DNA of 63,112 nt, filler included, from Dirinaria sp. TL-2023a (taxonomy: Eukaryota): NCBI GenBank assembly GCA_051941275.1. It is 11 parts of 11 records of this genome, joined end to end, with 100 filler letters (N's around TTAATTAATTAA, not from the genome) between each part and the next. Parts side by side here need not be neighbours in the genome. Positions count along the whole stretch, not along the records: positions 23,081 to 28,736 come from JAVEBF010001615.1; positions 28,837 to 34,480 come from JAVEBF010001616.1; positions 34,581 to 40,215 come from JAVEBF010001617.1; 8 more parts are not named here. One strand, 5' to 3'. Shown here piece after piece: positions 26,779-38,871 of this stretch (position 1 is the stretch's first letter; the number at the start of each line of letters is the position of its first letter). The position numbers and the translations under genes were made by a program. Under the pieces are notes generated by a model. It was given only the letters and a program-made list of their open reading frames with translations. It was not told the DNA's origin and did not search any database.

Positions 26779-28670
26779 TTAGACGCTAAGGCCAGACCTC
26801 ATGTTCTCCACCGTCTTCGCTCCCACACCTTTCAACTTTCCCAGCTCCGCCAGGCTGTGAACCGTCCGTTCCTGCAATTCGTCCTCCTCGCCTGCACAGA
26901 GCGCTTCTAGGATGGCTTCTGCCTTTTTAGCTCCTACCCCTCGAAGGAGCCTGAGCTGAGAAACGTCGCGTCGGTTGACGATTTCCAGCAGTTGCTTGGT
27001 CCGAGGCGTAGGAGCTTCACCCAGGTCTGAAGGGTCGCTGAAGACTTTCAATGAAGGTTTGGCAGGCTGCGCTTGGAGTTTCTTTCTTGCTTTCACTCGG
27101 TATACGAAGCTGCCGGTTGAGTCATAGTCGCCGTCACTGACTGGTTCCGGGCGGTCTTGATAGGCATCATCTTCCGGGGAAGCCTGTGAAACCTTCACCA
27201 TAGTTCTCGCAGCTTTAGGTCCACGTATTGATTTGGTTTGATCAATGTCTTGTCTCTCGCTCTTCTGCTGTTTCTTCCTCTCGTCAAGTTTGGCGCGCAA
27301 TCGTTGGATCTTTGTATCCAGTTTCGTGTTGTCCGGGAAATACTCCTTCGCCAAGGTATACATTCGGAGAGCGCTCATGTCTTCCCCTCTCACAGCGTGC
27401 TGTTTAGCCATGAGCAGGAATGTCAAACCTTGTTCTCTGCCATCATCTTTTCCTTCGATCTTCTGCTCCAGTAGCTCTAATCTTCGTTGGACTTCTTCGC
27501 TGATCTCTGGCTGTGGCGCGATTGATGGCTGGTCAAGAGCGCGGGCAGCTAGTATATCAGTGACTTTCTTCTCGATCATTTCATCGAGCGACTCTGTCGA
27601 GATGACTGGCTGGGGTCTGGATAACTGCGTTGGACGGGTTGGACTCCTTCGCTTCGCTGGGCGATGAGCGCTTCCAAGTGCTGCGTCCGATGGACGCTTC
27701 AAAGGTGAAGAACGTTTCGGTATGTCCGACGGCCTGGGGCGAGAGCTATTGGATAGTCGAGCTCGATCCGAGTAGACTGAGAAAGCCTTCGCAGGCTTGT
27801 CGCCTTGCTTTGCCGCATTCGAAGCGTGCAGCGCTGCGTTATGGACAGCGCTGGCCAATGGCCTCAGAGGCTGCCTCTGTATCGATGGTCCAGTAAAAGA
27901 AGGTACAGCTCGAGGACATCCTTTGAACACTGGCTCATTCTCCACTTCCCTGACTTCAATCTTCTTTGTCCGGTTCGCAAAGTTCAATGAACTCAAAGTA
28001 TCCAGGTGAAAGGACTTGACCGGAGCAAGATTGAGTATCATGACGGTCATGCCATTGTTCTGACCCAGAGACAGGATCCTGGTCATCTTCGACTCCCGAT
28101 ACGGCGCCCTTTGCTTTTGACTGATGGCCTCGACGCACTTGGCCAGGACGAACAAACTTTTATTAATGCTTGCCGACTCCACCAACCTCTCTTTCCCATT
28201 CTCAGTTCGCCGATTATCCTCCGACCCGGCAAGATCGATCGCCGACGCTGTACTGATCCGAACCTCATCGCCCGTCGTAACTGCGAGACTGATCCTCAGT
28301 ATCGCATGCGAGCGGGAGGAATGCGCATTCAGCTTCGTCGCGCTGGTCGACCGGTTAATATTCGCCTCATCATACAATTTCTCGAACTCCTTCAAACTCT
28401 CACACGGCCGCTCCGTCAACCCCACCACGACAGTCTTGCCTCCACTGTCCCTCAGCGGCAAGCCCGCCATCGTCCGCTTCTCGGGGGCTTCGAGCAGATC
28501 GAACACCTTATCGTTATAGATCTCGTAGTACGAGAGGCTGATCTCCACTTTACTCTCCCCTCCCGAATCTTTGTCCAATTTCCTACTCTTGCGATATATG
28601 CCCGACAGCAGACGGGGGATGACGCCTCGCTCAGCGAGCGATTTCCCACCGCGCATCGTATGTGTTTTGC
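26779..28670 (-). CDS. Kinesin-10/KIF22(Kid)-like motor with a C-terminal helix-hairpin-helix DNA-binding region, 5' exons missing
   Basis: GKTHTM (end of the P-loop, after an acceptor CAG), YEIYND, NAHSSRSH, DLAGSE, SINKSL and PYRESK. The C-terminus has LRGVGAKKA and LKGVGAKT HhH motifs. Confidence 0.9.
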
Positions 28671-28736
28671 CTGTTACTCCATACTCTGCATCAGCCTCCC
28701 TCTCCCCTCAAACCATTCCCCCCCCCAAATATACAC

Positions 28737-28836
28737 NNNNNNNNNNNNNNNNNNNNNNNNNNNNNNNNNNNNNNNNNNNNTTAATTAATTAANNNNNNNN
28801 NNNNNNNNNNNNNNNNNNNNNNNNNNNNNNNNNNNN
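28737..28836. other. Artificial contig spacer
   Basis: N44-TTAATTAATTAA-N44. Confidence 0.98.
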
Positions 28837-28884
28837 TATTTTAGTTGTTTGGATTGGGAGAAGGGAGAGGGGGGGGAGGTTCTC

Positions 28885-29898
28885 CTATGATTGAGACTTA
28901 CTGCTTTGGTTTTGGGATGCCGGCATAGCGCTCAGGCACGCCATTATCTCCGGTGGCAGCAGGCTTGTCCGAGGGCCGCAATCAAGCGCGATCCGGGATG
29001 TGATGGTCCACATGAGACAGTAGCGGATGGCTGATGGGCGAGACTTCGGGTCCGCAAGCATGGCCGCGAGAGCCGCCGTCGGTATGGGCACCGAACCCAG
29101 TTCGGTTAAGTCCGCAGTGGCGTGGGCGACGGGAGACGTGTCGTAGTAGCTTTGCGTGAAGTTCTTGATCAGTGTCTGTAGCTTTGAGATCTCTCCACCG
29201 ATCGCCATATCTTCGGGTGGCTGGGGAAGTTCTCTCTCGGCAACAGTGAAGACGGTCGGAGTTGCATCGACAGGCGATGTCGTCGCGCCGGTTTCTTTGG
29301 GAAATGCTGGGTCTGGCGAGTATTCCCGTATGCTCGATGGGCGGTAACGCCGTTTCCTTACAAGCAAGAAAACGAGAAGTGCAGCTAGAAGAGCACCAGC
29401 AGCGGCACAACCAATGGCGATGCCAGCTGTGGCTCCTTTGGAGATACCATCTGATGGAGAGGCATGCTGGCTCGGCTGGCTGGCCGTGGAGTTTGCTGTT
29501 TGTTGAGCATTCTTCACTGTTGTTGGCGTCGGCGTACTGGTGGAACTTGAACTACGGGACGTAGGAGCCTTTATTAACGGACTGGTATGGCTTGGAGAGG
29601 CTGCATGAGCACTGCTATGAGTAGTAGGGGTTGCAGCTGCTTTAGAAGGTTTTTTCGGAGCAGGGGTGGGGGGAGGGTTTGGTGGAGTGTAAACTGATGT
29701 TTGTGCAATGTTATTCACTAGAATAGGATTACCACCAGTGGCTATAGAAACCGTTTGTGGACCTTGAGCAGGGTCGAGAGTGAACATGATAGAGGTCCCA
29801 TTTCGCCAGGTCAAGGTATGCCCCGGAATAGCTATGATTGATCCATTTGCAGTGTACGGTTTTCCTGCGATAAATATGATCGGGGAGGGTGTCGCCAT
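28885..29898 (-). CDS. Single-pass membrane protein (S/T/P-rich stalk, TM helix, helical cytoplasmic domain), 3' partial
   Basis: 337-aa ORF. TM segment GATAGIAIGCAAAGALLAALLVFLLV is followed by RKRR. A GTAAGT donor near 28902 suggests more exons beyond the contig end. Confidence 0.8.
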   Translation of the reverse strand: MATPSPIIFIAGKPYTANGSIIAIPGHTLTWRNGTSIMFTLDPAQGPQTVSIATGGNPILVNNIAQTSVYTPPNPPPTPAPKKPSKAAATPTTHSSAHAASPSHTSPLIKAPTSRSSSSTSTPTPTTVKNAQQTANSTASQPSQHASPSDGISKGATAGIAIGCAAAGALLAALLVFLLVRKRRYRPSSIREYSPDPAFPKETGATTSPVDATPTVFTVAERELPQPPEDMAIGGEISKLQTLIKNFTQSYYDTSPVAHATADLTELGSVPIPTAALAAMLADPKSRPSAIRYCLMWTITSRIALDCGPRTSLLPPEIMACLSAMPASQNQSSKSQS

Positions 29899-31256
29899 CG
29901 TTGATGCAAGCTCAGATAGCCTGAGCTAGATGCTCAAGCTTACTCTCGGGGCCTAGATTTCAAATACTACAATGCTGGAGGTCAAACATCTAGAGAGAAC
30001 CAAAAAGCAGAAAAAAATGTGATGGAAAAAACAAGAATGCTTCGACAAGGACGGATCAAAAGAGTCGAAGAACAAGCCATTCAGACATTGAATATCTGGC
30101 AGGGGCACAAGGAGCAGCGTCTCTCAGCCGCAACTCTTAGCTGCACAAGTAGTAACCCCCTGCACCCCTTTTCCCGTGGACGCGGATTCGTAGATTGCTG
30201 CGCCTTTCGGAGTTCCCAATGGAAGCAGTCCCAGCTACAGTGATCATTGGTTGGCTAGCCAATACCCATGCAGCAGCTATCACAAACTGCGACATCCAAG
30301 ATGTACAGCAGCATCGGGTCTCAGCAGTAGAACACCCTTATGGCCTTCGCAATGCCTGACCAACGCCTGCTCGATGTGAGAGTTGGAGATGAGATTAGCA
30401 AGAGGGTTTGATAACACTATCTCGAAGCTATTGTAAGAGGAAGCCGGACTTCATGATGGTATCTGTTCTCAAGGTTGAACACCAAGAAGAGTGCTTAGGT
30501 TGACATCAACCCTGCCATAAGCGGGATACGCTCTGAAAGGGGGGAAGGCGGGCCGACGATCTTAGCTTGATAGATATTGGCGAAGTGCAGGCGGGCGTCT
30601 ACACCAATCCAGTCACATACTTTACCTCCATGAAATCCAGCCTCGCTAATCGAAATCCCTCATGCATCAATCAGTTGATGAGACACGGACGATCCTCAAC
30701 ATGTATGGAACGGAGTCTGCAGCATTGCAACGCTTAGCAAGCATGCTTGAAACTGAAAGGAGAAAAGATCTGCTTCAAAGGAACGGCCAACGCAGCAGGG
30801 GGTTACAGCCTCGGTGCCTTGGGCTACGGTTGCATAACCTCGAACGAGGCTCCACGGCATGGTAGATTGGATAATTGGTTCGGTAATTAGGTTCATGAGC
30901 CGCACCAACCTCAGAGAGCAACTGCAGTATCTGGTGGTGGGACGGAGTTTCACTCCTATCTTAGGCCAGGCTGCCTAGCTAAAAAAAAGAATCACCACGC
31001 AGCCAAATCCCTCTCGGTTGCCGGCAAGCGAAACTTCTCCCCGGTCAATCATCGCATGCAGATTTGCTTTTGCACGGATTAAAGCTCTATCCAAAATTTC
31101 AAAGATAGTCAATCCTTATGGCAATCTCTTTATTCAATTGTGCGTCTGCGTGCCCGTCATCTCCTTGCACCTACGCTCAGCGATAGTCTTCTCTTACTCT
31201 TAGCCGCCCAGATAGTATTGGAAACAATCTCGGATACGCAGCGGCACCCCAGCGCC

Positions 31257-33918
31257 ATGGACGCGTCAAAACCAGATCTCTTGATTGGCGTTGACTTTGG
31301 AATGACTTGTACCGGTAAGCAGCTTTGCATCTAGGGGACCCGTTCATTCGAAATTTGCTTCTCTATGCCTATTATCTGTCCTGTGGATTGATCTTAATTC
31401 TAGGCGTCTCTTATGTAAATCTTTCGATTGGGTCGGAATCTGTGAAATGGATTCAAAAATGGCCAGGAAGGAGCCAAGCGAATGAAAATAAAGTTCCCAC
31501 AGCAATAGTGTACCCAAAGGGCCAACGCACTCCGCATTCTTGGGGATTCCTCTCAGAAACAGCATCCGGACAGAATTCGGCTAGCAAAGATTACAGAAGC
31601 TGGTTTAAGACGTATCTTGACCCTGTCCGACTTAGTCATGCGCAGAACCAGAATATCAGCAGCGCCCCGGAGTCAATGGAAGAGGTTGAAAAGTGGTACG
31701 AAGACTATCTTCGATGGCTCTACCGGCACATCGAATTCAAATTAGGCCCAGAGATTCAAGGAACATCATGGCACGGCGCTACTATTGAATTCATCTTTAG
31801 TGTACCAACAACATGGAGACCACCAGTCGTAGAGTCTTTCCGCTCAATAATACTACGAGCAGGCTTCCAAGGATATCCTGGCCATTCCGTCACAATCGGC
31901 TTGACTGAGGCCGAGGCTGCAGCTGTGCATACTTCAATCGAGGCGTGCGGCATATTTCAGGTTCGTATAAAATACCTATCATCAGCGATCTAGTTTCTCA
32001 TTGTTGACGATGTTATGAAGGAACGCGATGTGCTCATGGTTTGTGATGCTGGTGGAGGCACAACGGTACTTCAGAAAGCCTCTTCGAACTTGATCGGATC
32101 CATTCTAACTGTCTTCATTCTATACAGGATCTTTCCATTCTTCGGGTGACAAACACTCAAGGCCAAGCCTTGTCTTTAGAACAACTAGACGTAGTGTTTG
32201 GTATGGATAAGAATATGTCTACTAAAAGAATAGCTTTAATTCTGCTGTAGGCGCTACTATAGGATCGGCTGCAATTGATCGCGGTTTTCAGCAGGTTGTG
32301 GAACGGCGCCTAGAGCGAGCATACGGAGACGTCAAGCTCAAAGCAACCGTGGAAGAGGCTGCATGGGAGGTGATGAAAAGCCAGGACTTCCAAAATACTA
32401 AATGCGAGCACGGAGGCCTCGACGATACTCCAATGTTCTCTGTGCCCATACCCAAACTCGAATCTTCGTATGAGGATAGCGGTGCAGGTATCGGAAACGG
32501 AGAGATGACTTTTGCGAGGTTTGAGAACCGATCCTCGGCAGCTTCAACGCGCGAATCTAACTGTCTTTAGAGAAGACTTGCAAGCTCTATTCGATGAGCA
32601 AGTGCAGAAGTTGATCAGCTTGATTGAATCCCAACTCCAAAACATGCAGCGGAAATTTCCGAGCGTGCAAGTGGTTTGTCCCTCAATCCATCCACATAGG
32701 GCATATATTAAGCGAAAAAGGCGCACCTAGTACTTTCCGGTGGTCTGGGTCATTCACCATATGTGCAAAAGCAACTCCGTGCACGTTACAACAATGGCGG
32801 GGGTCATTACAACGCTAGAGGCCTACAGGTTCGAATTGCGCCGGAACCTCAATTAGCCGTGTGTAAAGGAATCCTCGCAGACCGTGTACGGAAGCTCAAA
32901 GCCGGCAAACCCGTTATCAGCTATCGATGCTGCCGTGCCTCATATGGTACGATCTGCAAAGAACTTTACAGCAAGAACAACCCACAACATCAGGGTCGAC
33001 AAACGTTCGTTGATCCGATGAACGGAAAGCTCTATGTGACGGAGTCAATCGCTTGGTTCATTGTGAAGGTACACTCTAAGAGTCCAAGCGAGAAAGCGCG
33101 CTCGGAATGGCTAAGACGCCTTTAGGGTCAACCGGTGTCTGCTGAACAGCCCATCACCCACCACTTCACAAGGAAGATGCAGCCAGGAGATCCGAGACGA
33201 GCATTCCCCACAAGCGTGGTAGTATCGCATGCGGACAAGGAGTCCCTGCCGCACCATATGGGTCCTGGTAAGTATAACTCATCTGACTATACTGTGATCT
33301 ACCACTCAAAAGAGCCAGACGCACACATACTTTGCGAAGTTCACTCAGATCTGAGTTCAGCCGACGAAAAGCAATTCAAACGGAAAAACCGCCATTTTTG
33401 GAACACTGGGAAGATCTACTACAAAGTCGACTACGAGGTCAAAGTTCTGATTGGTCCAGCGGACATTCGGTTTGAGCTTTGTGGGCGGTTCTTGACATTT
33501 TTGGAATGGAACTTCTGACTGACTTGCGCCGGTAGGGTTTAACGGGCAAAAGCTCAACAAAGACGAACGAATCACTGTTGAATGGGCAACAGTCACGGAG
33601 AGTGTGCCAGATCCTGCAACGCCTCTGTGGGATCAATGGGATCAAGAGCCTGTGTGGAAACTTGGGAGTAGCAAGAGCGCGATCAACCTGCGTAGCTCCA
33701 TCCAAGACATAGTGCATCGAGGCTCTGCTAAACCGCCGCGCAACTCAAAGGAGGATACCGGAGCGCATAAAGCACTGTCGAGCATTGGTTCAATCTCGAT
33801 AGATAATGGAAAAGACTCACCTGGTTCAATTGCGACAAGCTCACCGATTGAACTTGCTGGCAACGGTCCCCCTGGTGATGCAAGTTATTATCCAGCTGGG
33901 CGCAAGGAACTCCCGTGA
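31257..33918 (+). CDS. Atypical Hsp70-superfamily (HSPA12-like) actin-fold ATPase
   Basis: Motifs IGVDFGMTCTG, FSVPTTW, TEAEAAA, VCDAGGGTTD and LSGGLGHSPYV across about nine introns. No EEVD or HDEL C-terminus. Confidence 0.87.
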
Positions 33919-34278
33919 CAGTAAATTATCTTTGATCTATCTGGGTTGGCCTTTCGCGTACTCGTACGTTCTTGCATTACTAGAGCTATGCAGTTTAACG
34001 GCTCCTTGTTCCTTACAACCAGCTTTTCGTCCAGCAGATATCCCGTGATCAAGTAACCCAACGATTCGATTCGTCCACGGCTCCTCAGATATGCCGAACG
34101 ATTACTAAGCCGAATCAATGAATGTGTTATAAGGGGGGCTGGGAATGAAGATAAAGTCTCTGGCTTCCCCAAGGCTACCCATATCACCTTTGGCCATTCT
34201 CCAACCGAAGCGGAAGAAAGCAGCCTGGATCAAGCATCCTTCTCGAAAACTCGCCATTCAAGAACACCATAGACTAAG

Positions 34279-34443
34279 ATGCCCAATTTCCCACCCATCC
34301 GGGCCTGCATCTTCGATGTAGATGGCCTGCTCATTGACTCAGAAGACATATACACCATCACCATGAACAACACGCTACACGAATACGGTCTACCTGATAT
34401 CCCCTGGAGTGTCAAAGCGACTCAGCAAAGCCGAGGACGGCAG
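34279..34443 (+). CDS. HAD-family phosphatase (pseudouridine-5'-phosphatase/HDHD1-like), first exon only
   Basis: IRACIFDVDGLLIDSED (HAD motif I, DxD), then a GTGCGC donor and the contig end. Confidence 0.8.
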
Positions 34444-34480
34444 GTGCGCAGCCCCGCTCTCCGCAGCCAGGGAGGGAGGG

Positions 34481-34580
34481 NNNNNNNNNNNNNNNNNNNN
34501 NNNNNNNNNNNNNNNNNNNNNNNNTTAATTAATTAANNNNNNNNNNNNNNNNNNNNNNNNNNNNNNNNNNNNNNNNNNNN
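34481..34580. other. Artificial contig spacer
   Basis: N44-TTAATTAATTAA-N44. Confidence 0.98.
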
Positions 34581-35743
34581 CCATGGCTATGGCCATGCCT
34601 CCTCTTACCGGTATGTCTCCGCCCAAGATGCTGGTGCAGATGACTGGCGTGCGCGTCTCGCTTCGCTTCCTTCTTGAGAGCCTCGGCATCCTGTTGCTCC
34701 ATCGCTCTCTTGCTGCCGGCACCGCTACCAAACTGCGGGTGAGCGACACATTTGGCCGAGTTCCACGCCGGCGCGTACCCATCATGGTCATCGAAGGGGT
34801 ACGTGTAGACGATACCCGTCGCACTGCTGAAGAAGTCTGGCGCCGGGCCATTGACCTTGACAGTATCGGGGCTACCCATGGGATTGAGGCAAGCGTTATT
34901 TGACCACGTGCCACCGCCGCTTTCGCAGTTGCTGCAGTTTTCATCCGAACAGAGAGGGTCCGACATGCCAATCGTACTCGAGCCGTCAGAGCCAGTGCAA
35001 AGAATGGGGACGCTGTAACCAGGGATGTAACTGATATCCAAGGTTGGGAATTGGGCATCGACATCCCAATTTCCTTCGATCCATGTACCACGGCCGTTCG
35101 CCATGCCGTAACCCAACTGTAGATTACCGCCGGTGGAACCGCGAGCTTGGCAGAGAGTGCAGGTTGAGCCGTGCGCAATGGTACCACACTGGCCAACTAC
35201 CCAGGGAGCTGAAGCTTGGATGATGAGGTCTTGTCCGGAGATGTTTTGAAGTTCAATTGCCTGCTCGGTGGTAGAGCAGGAGCCGCCGGAGGATCCACTA
35301 CTGCCGGCGCCAGTGGTGGTAGGGGTAGATGCCACCAGTGTGGTTATAGTAGGCGGCGAACTACTATGGGTGGGCGTGGGCGTGGGCGTAGACTGGGGCT
35401 GGCTCCCTCCATTGCTTGGGCTAGATGGCAGTGGCTGAACGGGGTCCGCGATGGATGACGATTTTTGTCCGGTCCCGCTATTCGCGGGGGAAGCAGCGGG
35501 CGCAGCAGGAGCAGCAGGAGAGGAAACGGGAGGATTTGCAGCGGGCGCGGGAGAGTTGCTGGCTGGTTGTGCAGCCTCTTTGTTGTTGCTGTTACCGCTG
35601 TAATCCACGCTACCCCATCCGCCTGTTGGTGCTGGCCAACCACCGGACGGTTGCCAATTAGGATCAGTGTCCCATGGATAGACAATGCTGTCGGCCGCAA
35701 CCAGTAGTGGTAGGGCAAGAGCGAGTACTGCGATGGATCTCAT
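34581..35743 (-). CDS. Secreted thaumatin/osmotin-like protein with an S/P/T-rich linker and a His-rich tail, 3' partial
   Basis: Signal peptide MRSIAVLALALPLLVAA. A 10-Cys domain carries TWIEG, DISYIPGYSVP and YTYPFDD, which resemble thaumatin DVSLVDGFNIP and YSYAYDD. Confidence 0.68.
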
Positions 35744-37539
35744 CTTTCGCGAGCGTGTGCAACCTGAAATCTAATCGTATATGCCGTAATTTGTATCGTA
35801 GCAAGTGATGCTGACGCTAGACTGATGATGGCGGTGGAAGAGAGCGTGATTTTTGCTATGTACCTGTTAAAGGAGCGTGAAGTATGGAATCGTACTAAAT
35901 GAATGTGTATCTCTTCACTGCCTACAGTCGACCGGCGAACAAAGGATGAAAGGAAAGAAACGAGGTCGACGGGAGGAAGAGAAGCGAGAAAAACAGGAGG
36001 TGAAACGAGACGTGTAATTATCGCCCTGGGAAAAGGAGGATGCGCGGCCGGCGCAGTAGCAGCTCTAGCCTGCTGCGGTCCACTTGTTTGGCTGGAGACC
36101 GTCGTAGACTAGCAGTGGAGAGGCTGGGAGAATGTTTTCAGGGGAGAGCTCAAATGCGCCGAATGCGGCGTCTAAAGGCCCACCAATTGTATGCGTGACA
36201 CCCACTCCATCAACGACATTAGCCGATCCATCTTGTCCTGATGGAGCATAGACGGCGCTACTAGACACCAACAAGCTTTCGATCAATGATTCTTACCCGC
36301 TCGAGATAGGAAAGTTGTCCGAGATATCGGTCTGCAGAATAACGTGTCCGCGCGTCCTGTCCTCGGTGCAGCCCAGCCTCTCTCGCTGGGGTTTCGAGTA
36401 CAATAATATAAGGTAATGATGGTAATCATGATGATGGTGTGTTGCGACAGATTCACGAGGATTGATCAGTATGTCCTTCATGGAGAGATCACGCCATGAA
36501 TTTTGACGATCACATAATAATCGCGCGACTTGCTAGTATACAGTATACAACACCGACCTCGACTCAGCCAAGGGCCCAAGACCCAAGAGTGAAAAACAAG
36601 ACTTTCGGAGAGTTCGTGTATGCGGCCGGCGCATGAGGTACTAGCTAGAACGCGGTCGCGGACTCGCGGTTGACGTGGAAACTTTGCGACGGGTCCTTGG
36701 AGGCCTTTCTTTCATCGAGCGCAATCGCACCACTGACAGATAGGTAGCCTCAAAATTGTCTCAGGCGGAAGAAGGAATAATAATACGAGTAAAAAAACAT
36801 GTAAGCGGACACTACTACTGTCAAGACTAAAGTATTCGAGGTGTTCCTGCAGGATGGTGGATTACCTAAGGTAAGGTACGGACTACGGAGTACTTATCAC
36901 GCAATCATCCTCCCACCACTGGCCCCATGATTACGTAAGCTAACCTCGAAGAGGACACGCGACCTTGAGGTGAGGTATTGCCGTACCCTAAGGTACTCCA
37001 GAGGTAAGGTACCTTAACCCTAAAGTTGTTCAGCGGTCTTCACCTCCCACAACAATGATCTTCATCTTCCTGATTACATTTTAATGATGAGTGAGTGTAT
37101 CTTCAAGTTAATTCACCTTAGAGTCATAAATCTGCTGAAGACAGCTTCCGAAGACTCGCTATCCCGAACATCGATTTTCCGAGTATACGGAGTTGCTCGG
37201 AGCTGGAGGTAAGATTACCGTCCTTCGCAAGCCTAACTGACTGTTGTTAGATATCACGATCAGTACTCTAGATTGAAGTTCAGTACCACGGCTGAGCACA
37301 CACTGACAGCAGCTCGAAAGTCATCATCCAAAACATCCCAAACGAGTAATGCGGTCAAAGCATTAGACAGCGACAAATGCGACAACGCGCGAACTGGGAC
37401 AAACTTCGCTGACATCGTATAAACACATGTTTGACCCTAAATCATCGAGGTCCATGTCAAACGCGTTGAAGCACTTTTGGCATGGAACCAATATAAAACG
37501 AGGGGCACCCTTCCTCGTCTAATTGTTTTGTTGAAGCTG

Positions 37540-38200
37540 CCTACGGATCCCTCAGGATTCCCTCTCGGTGAAAGCCGCCCATAGATCCTTCATCCTCGAT
37601 CCTCTGGACTAGATGGCATCAGGCAGGCCCCGCGAGACTTGAATACTTGTCGATTTTGAGTCTCTAAGACTTCGGCGCAGCTCGGAAGAGACTCCCATAA
37701 ATTGGACATCACATTGAGCTCCCACCTAGTCCCGTTGCGAACCTACTGTGGGGTCCTTGATTCAGCCAAGGCAGTCCGCTGCCTTGGCTTCTTGAGTCCT
37801 TGGCTGGATCTTGACGCAAACCTCAATGCTCTCATGGATCATCGTAACTCCAAGGCTGATTATATTACGCCCGTCTGGGTCAAGTGGGGCGTGCGGACGT
37901 ATCGACCATCATTCCCTGAATTAGGTCATCCCTCCCTGTCTCCACTCTCAACAACCCGCTTGCCCCAAAATGGTCCCGATCTTCATGCAATGCGGCACTG
38001 CCGAGGTTTTCTATGACGAGCAGCAGTTGTTTTGCCAGCAGATGAAAAGAATTTCATGCAATGGAGTGGAGTGTTTGGACATTGCCAACGTGCTGCACAA
38101 TACATTATTACATTTGCTCTCGGTCCAATACTCGATTTTCAATGGCAAGCCAGGGCTGCGGCAGACAGCGCAAATGTATTCCTAGACCGCTCTTCATTGG
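37540..38200 (+). pseudogene. Frameshifted alpha/beta-hydrolase (HSL-like esterase/lipase) remnant
   Basis: Three consecutive ORF pieces: FLSPWLDL...HRNSKADY...WGVRTY...HPSLSP (frame 1), VPIFMQCGTAEVFYDE...NGVECLDIANVLHN (frame 2) and LGPILDF...ARAAADSANVFL (frame 1). I found no GDSAG nucleophile motif, and there are stops upstream. Confidence 0.6.
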
Positions 38201-38871
38201 GAATTTGGAAGCGTGGATGCACTCTCTTCACTCATGCCTTCGTTGTCTGACAGATGGTTTCGCTTACGATATGCCAGAGACACAGCTTACAACTATCGCG
38301 TGATTTGGTATTATATCCCTCTGAACATCCAACGCCTGTGTCAGCATTCAAAGCTGTTCGTATCATTCACGAAACAAGTCGATTTTAAACACCAATTGTT
38401 GGCTTCTGGATATCTTTCGTTTTTCGCCTCTTCGCTTAGACGAAAGGGTGACACCTTGTATAACGAGCCTTGAGGCACTCTTAATAATGAATGATGGTGT
38501 GAGCAAGGCCTGATCTGGGCAGTGCTTGAACATCCATAAGCCGAATAGTTAAGTTGTGGCTACTAAAGTAAGTTCGTAGTAGTAAGGTAGGTAACGATGC
38601 TCGCGAGCTTATCTATTGATCTGATAAGATGGCTTGGCCGCTGCCTGCCCCTCTCAGCCGTGTCATCCCGAATACTTACTTTGGTCTGTCAGCCTCAAAA
38701 TGTCGAGCTGTACGGAGTACTATCTCCTCACTCATTCCGTTCTCTTCCTCTTCCTCTTTACATTTCTCTTCGTCTCTCTCTCTTCTCTACCACTGAGTTT
38801 GTATAGTCTATTAGTAGCTTGGTGAGCAACTAGTGTTGCTACGAGACAAAATCGCTGAGCTCCCTCGCACT

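Noticed and set aside
28006..28788. Long antisense ORFs over the kinesin (and similar ones over mccA, ARG8, STE11 and CLC)
   Set aside because: These are shadow ORFs expected opposite GC-rich coding sequence.
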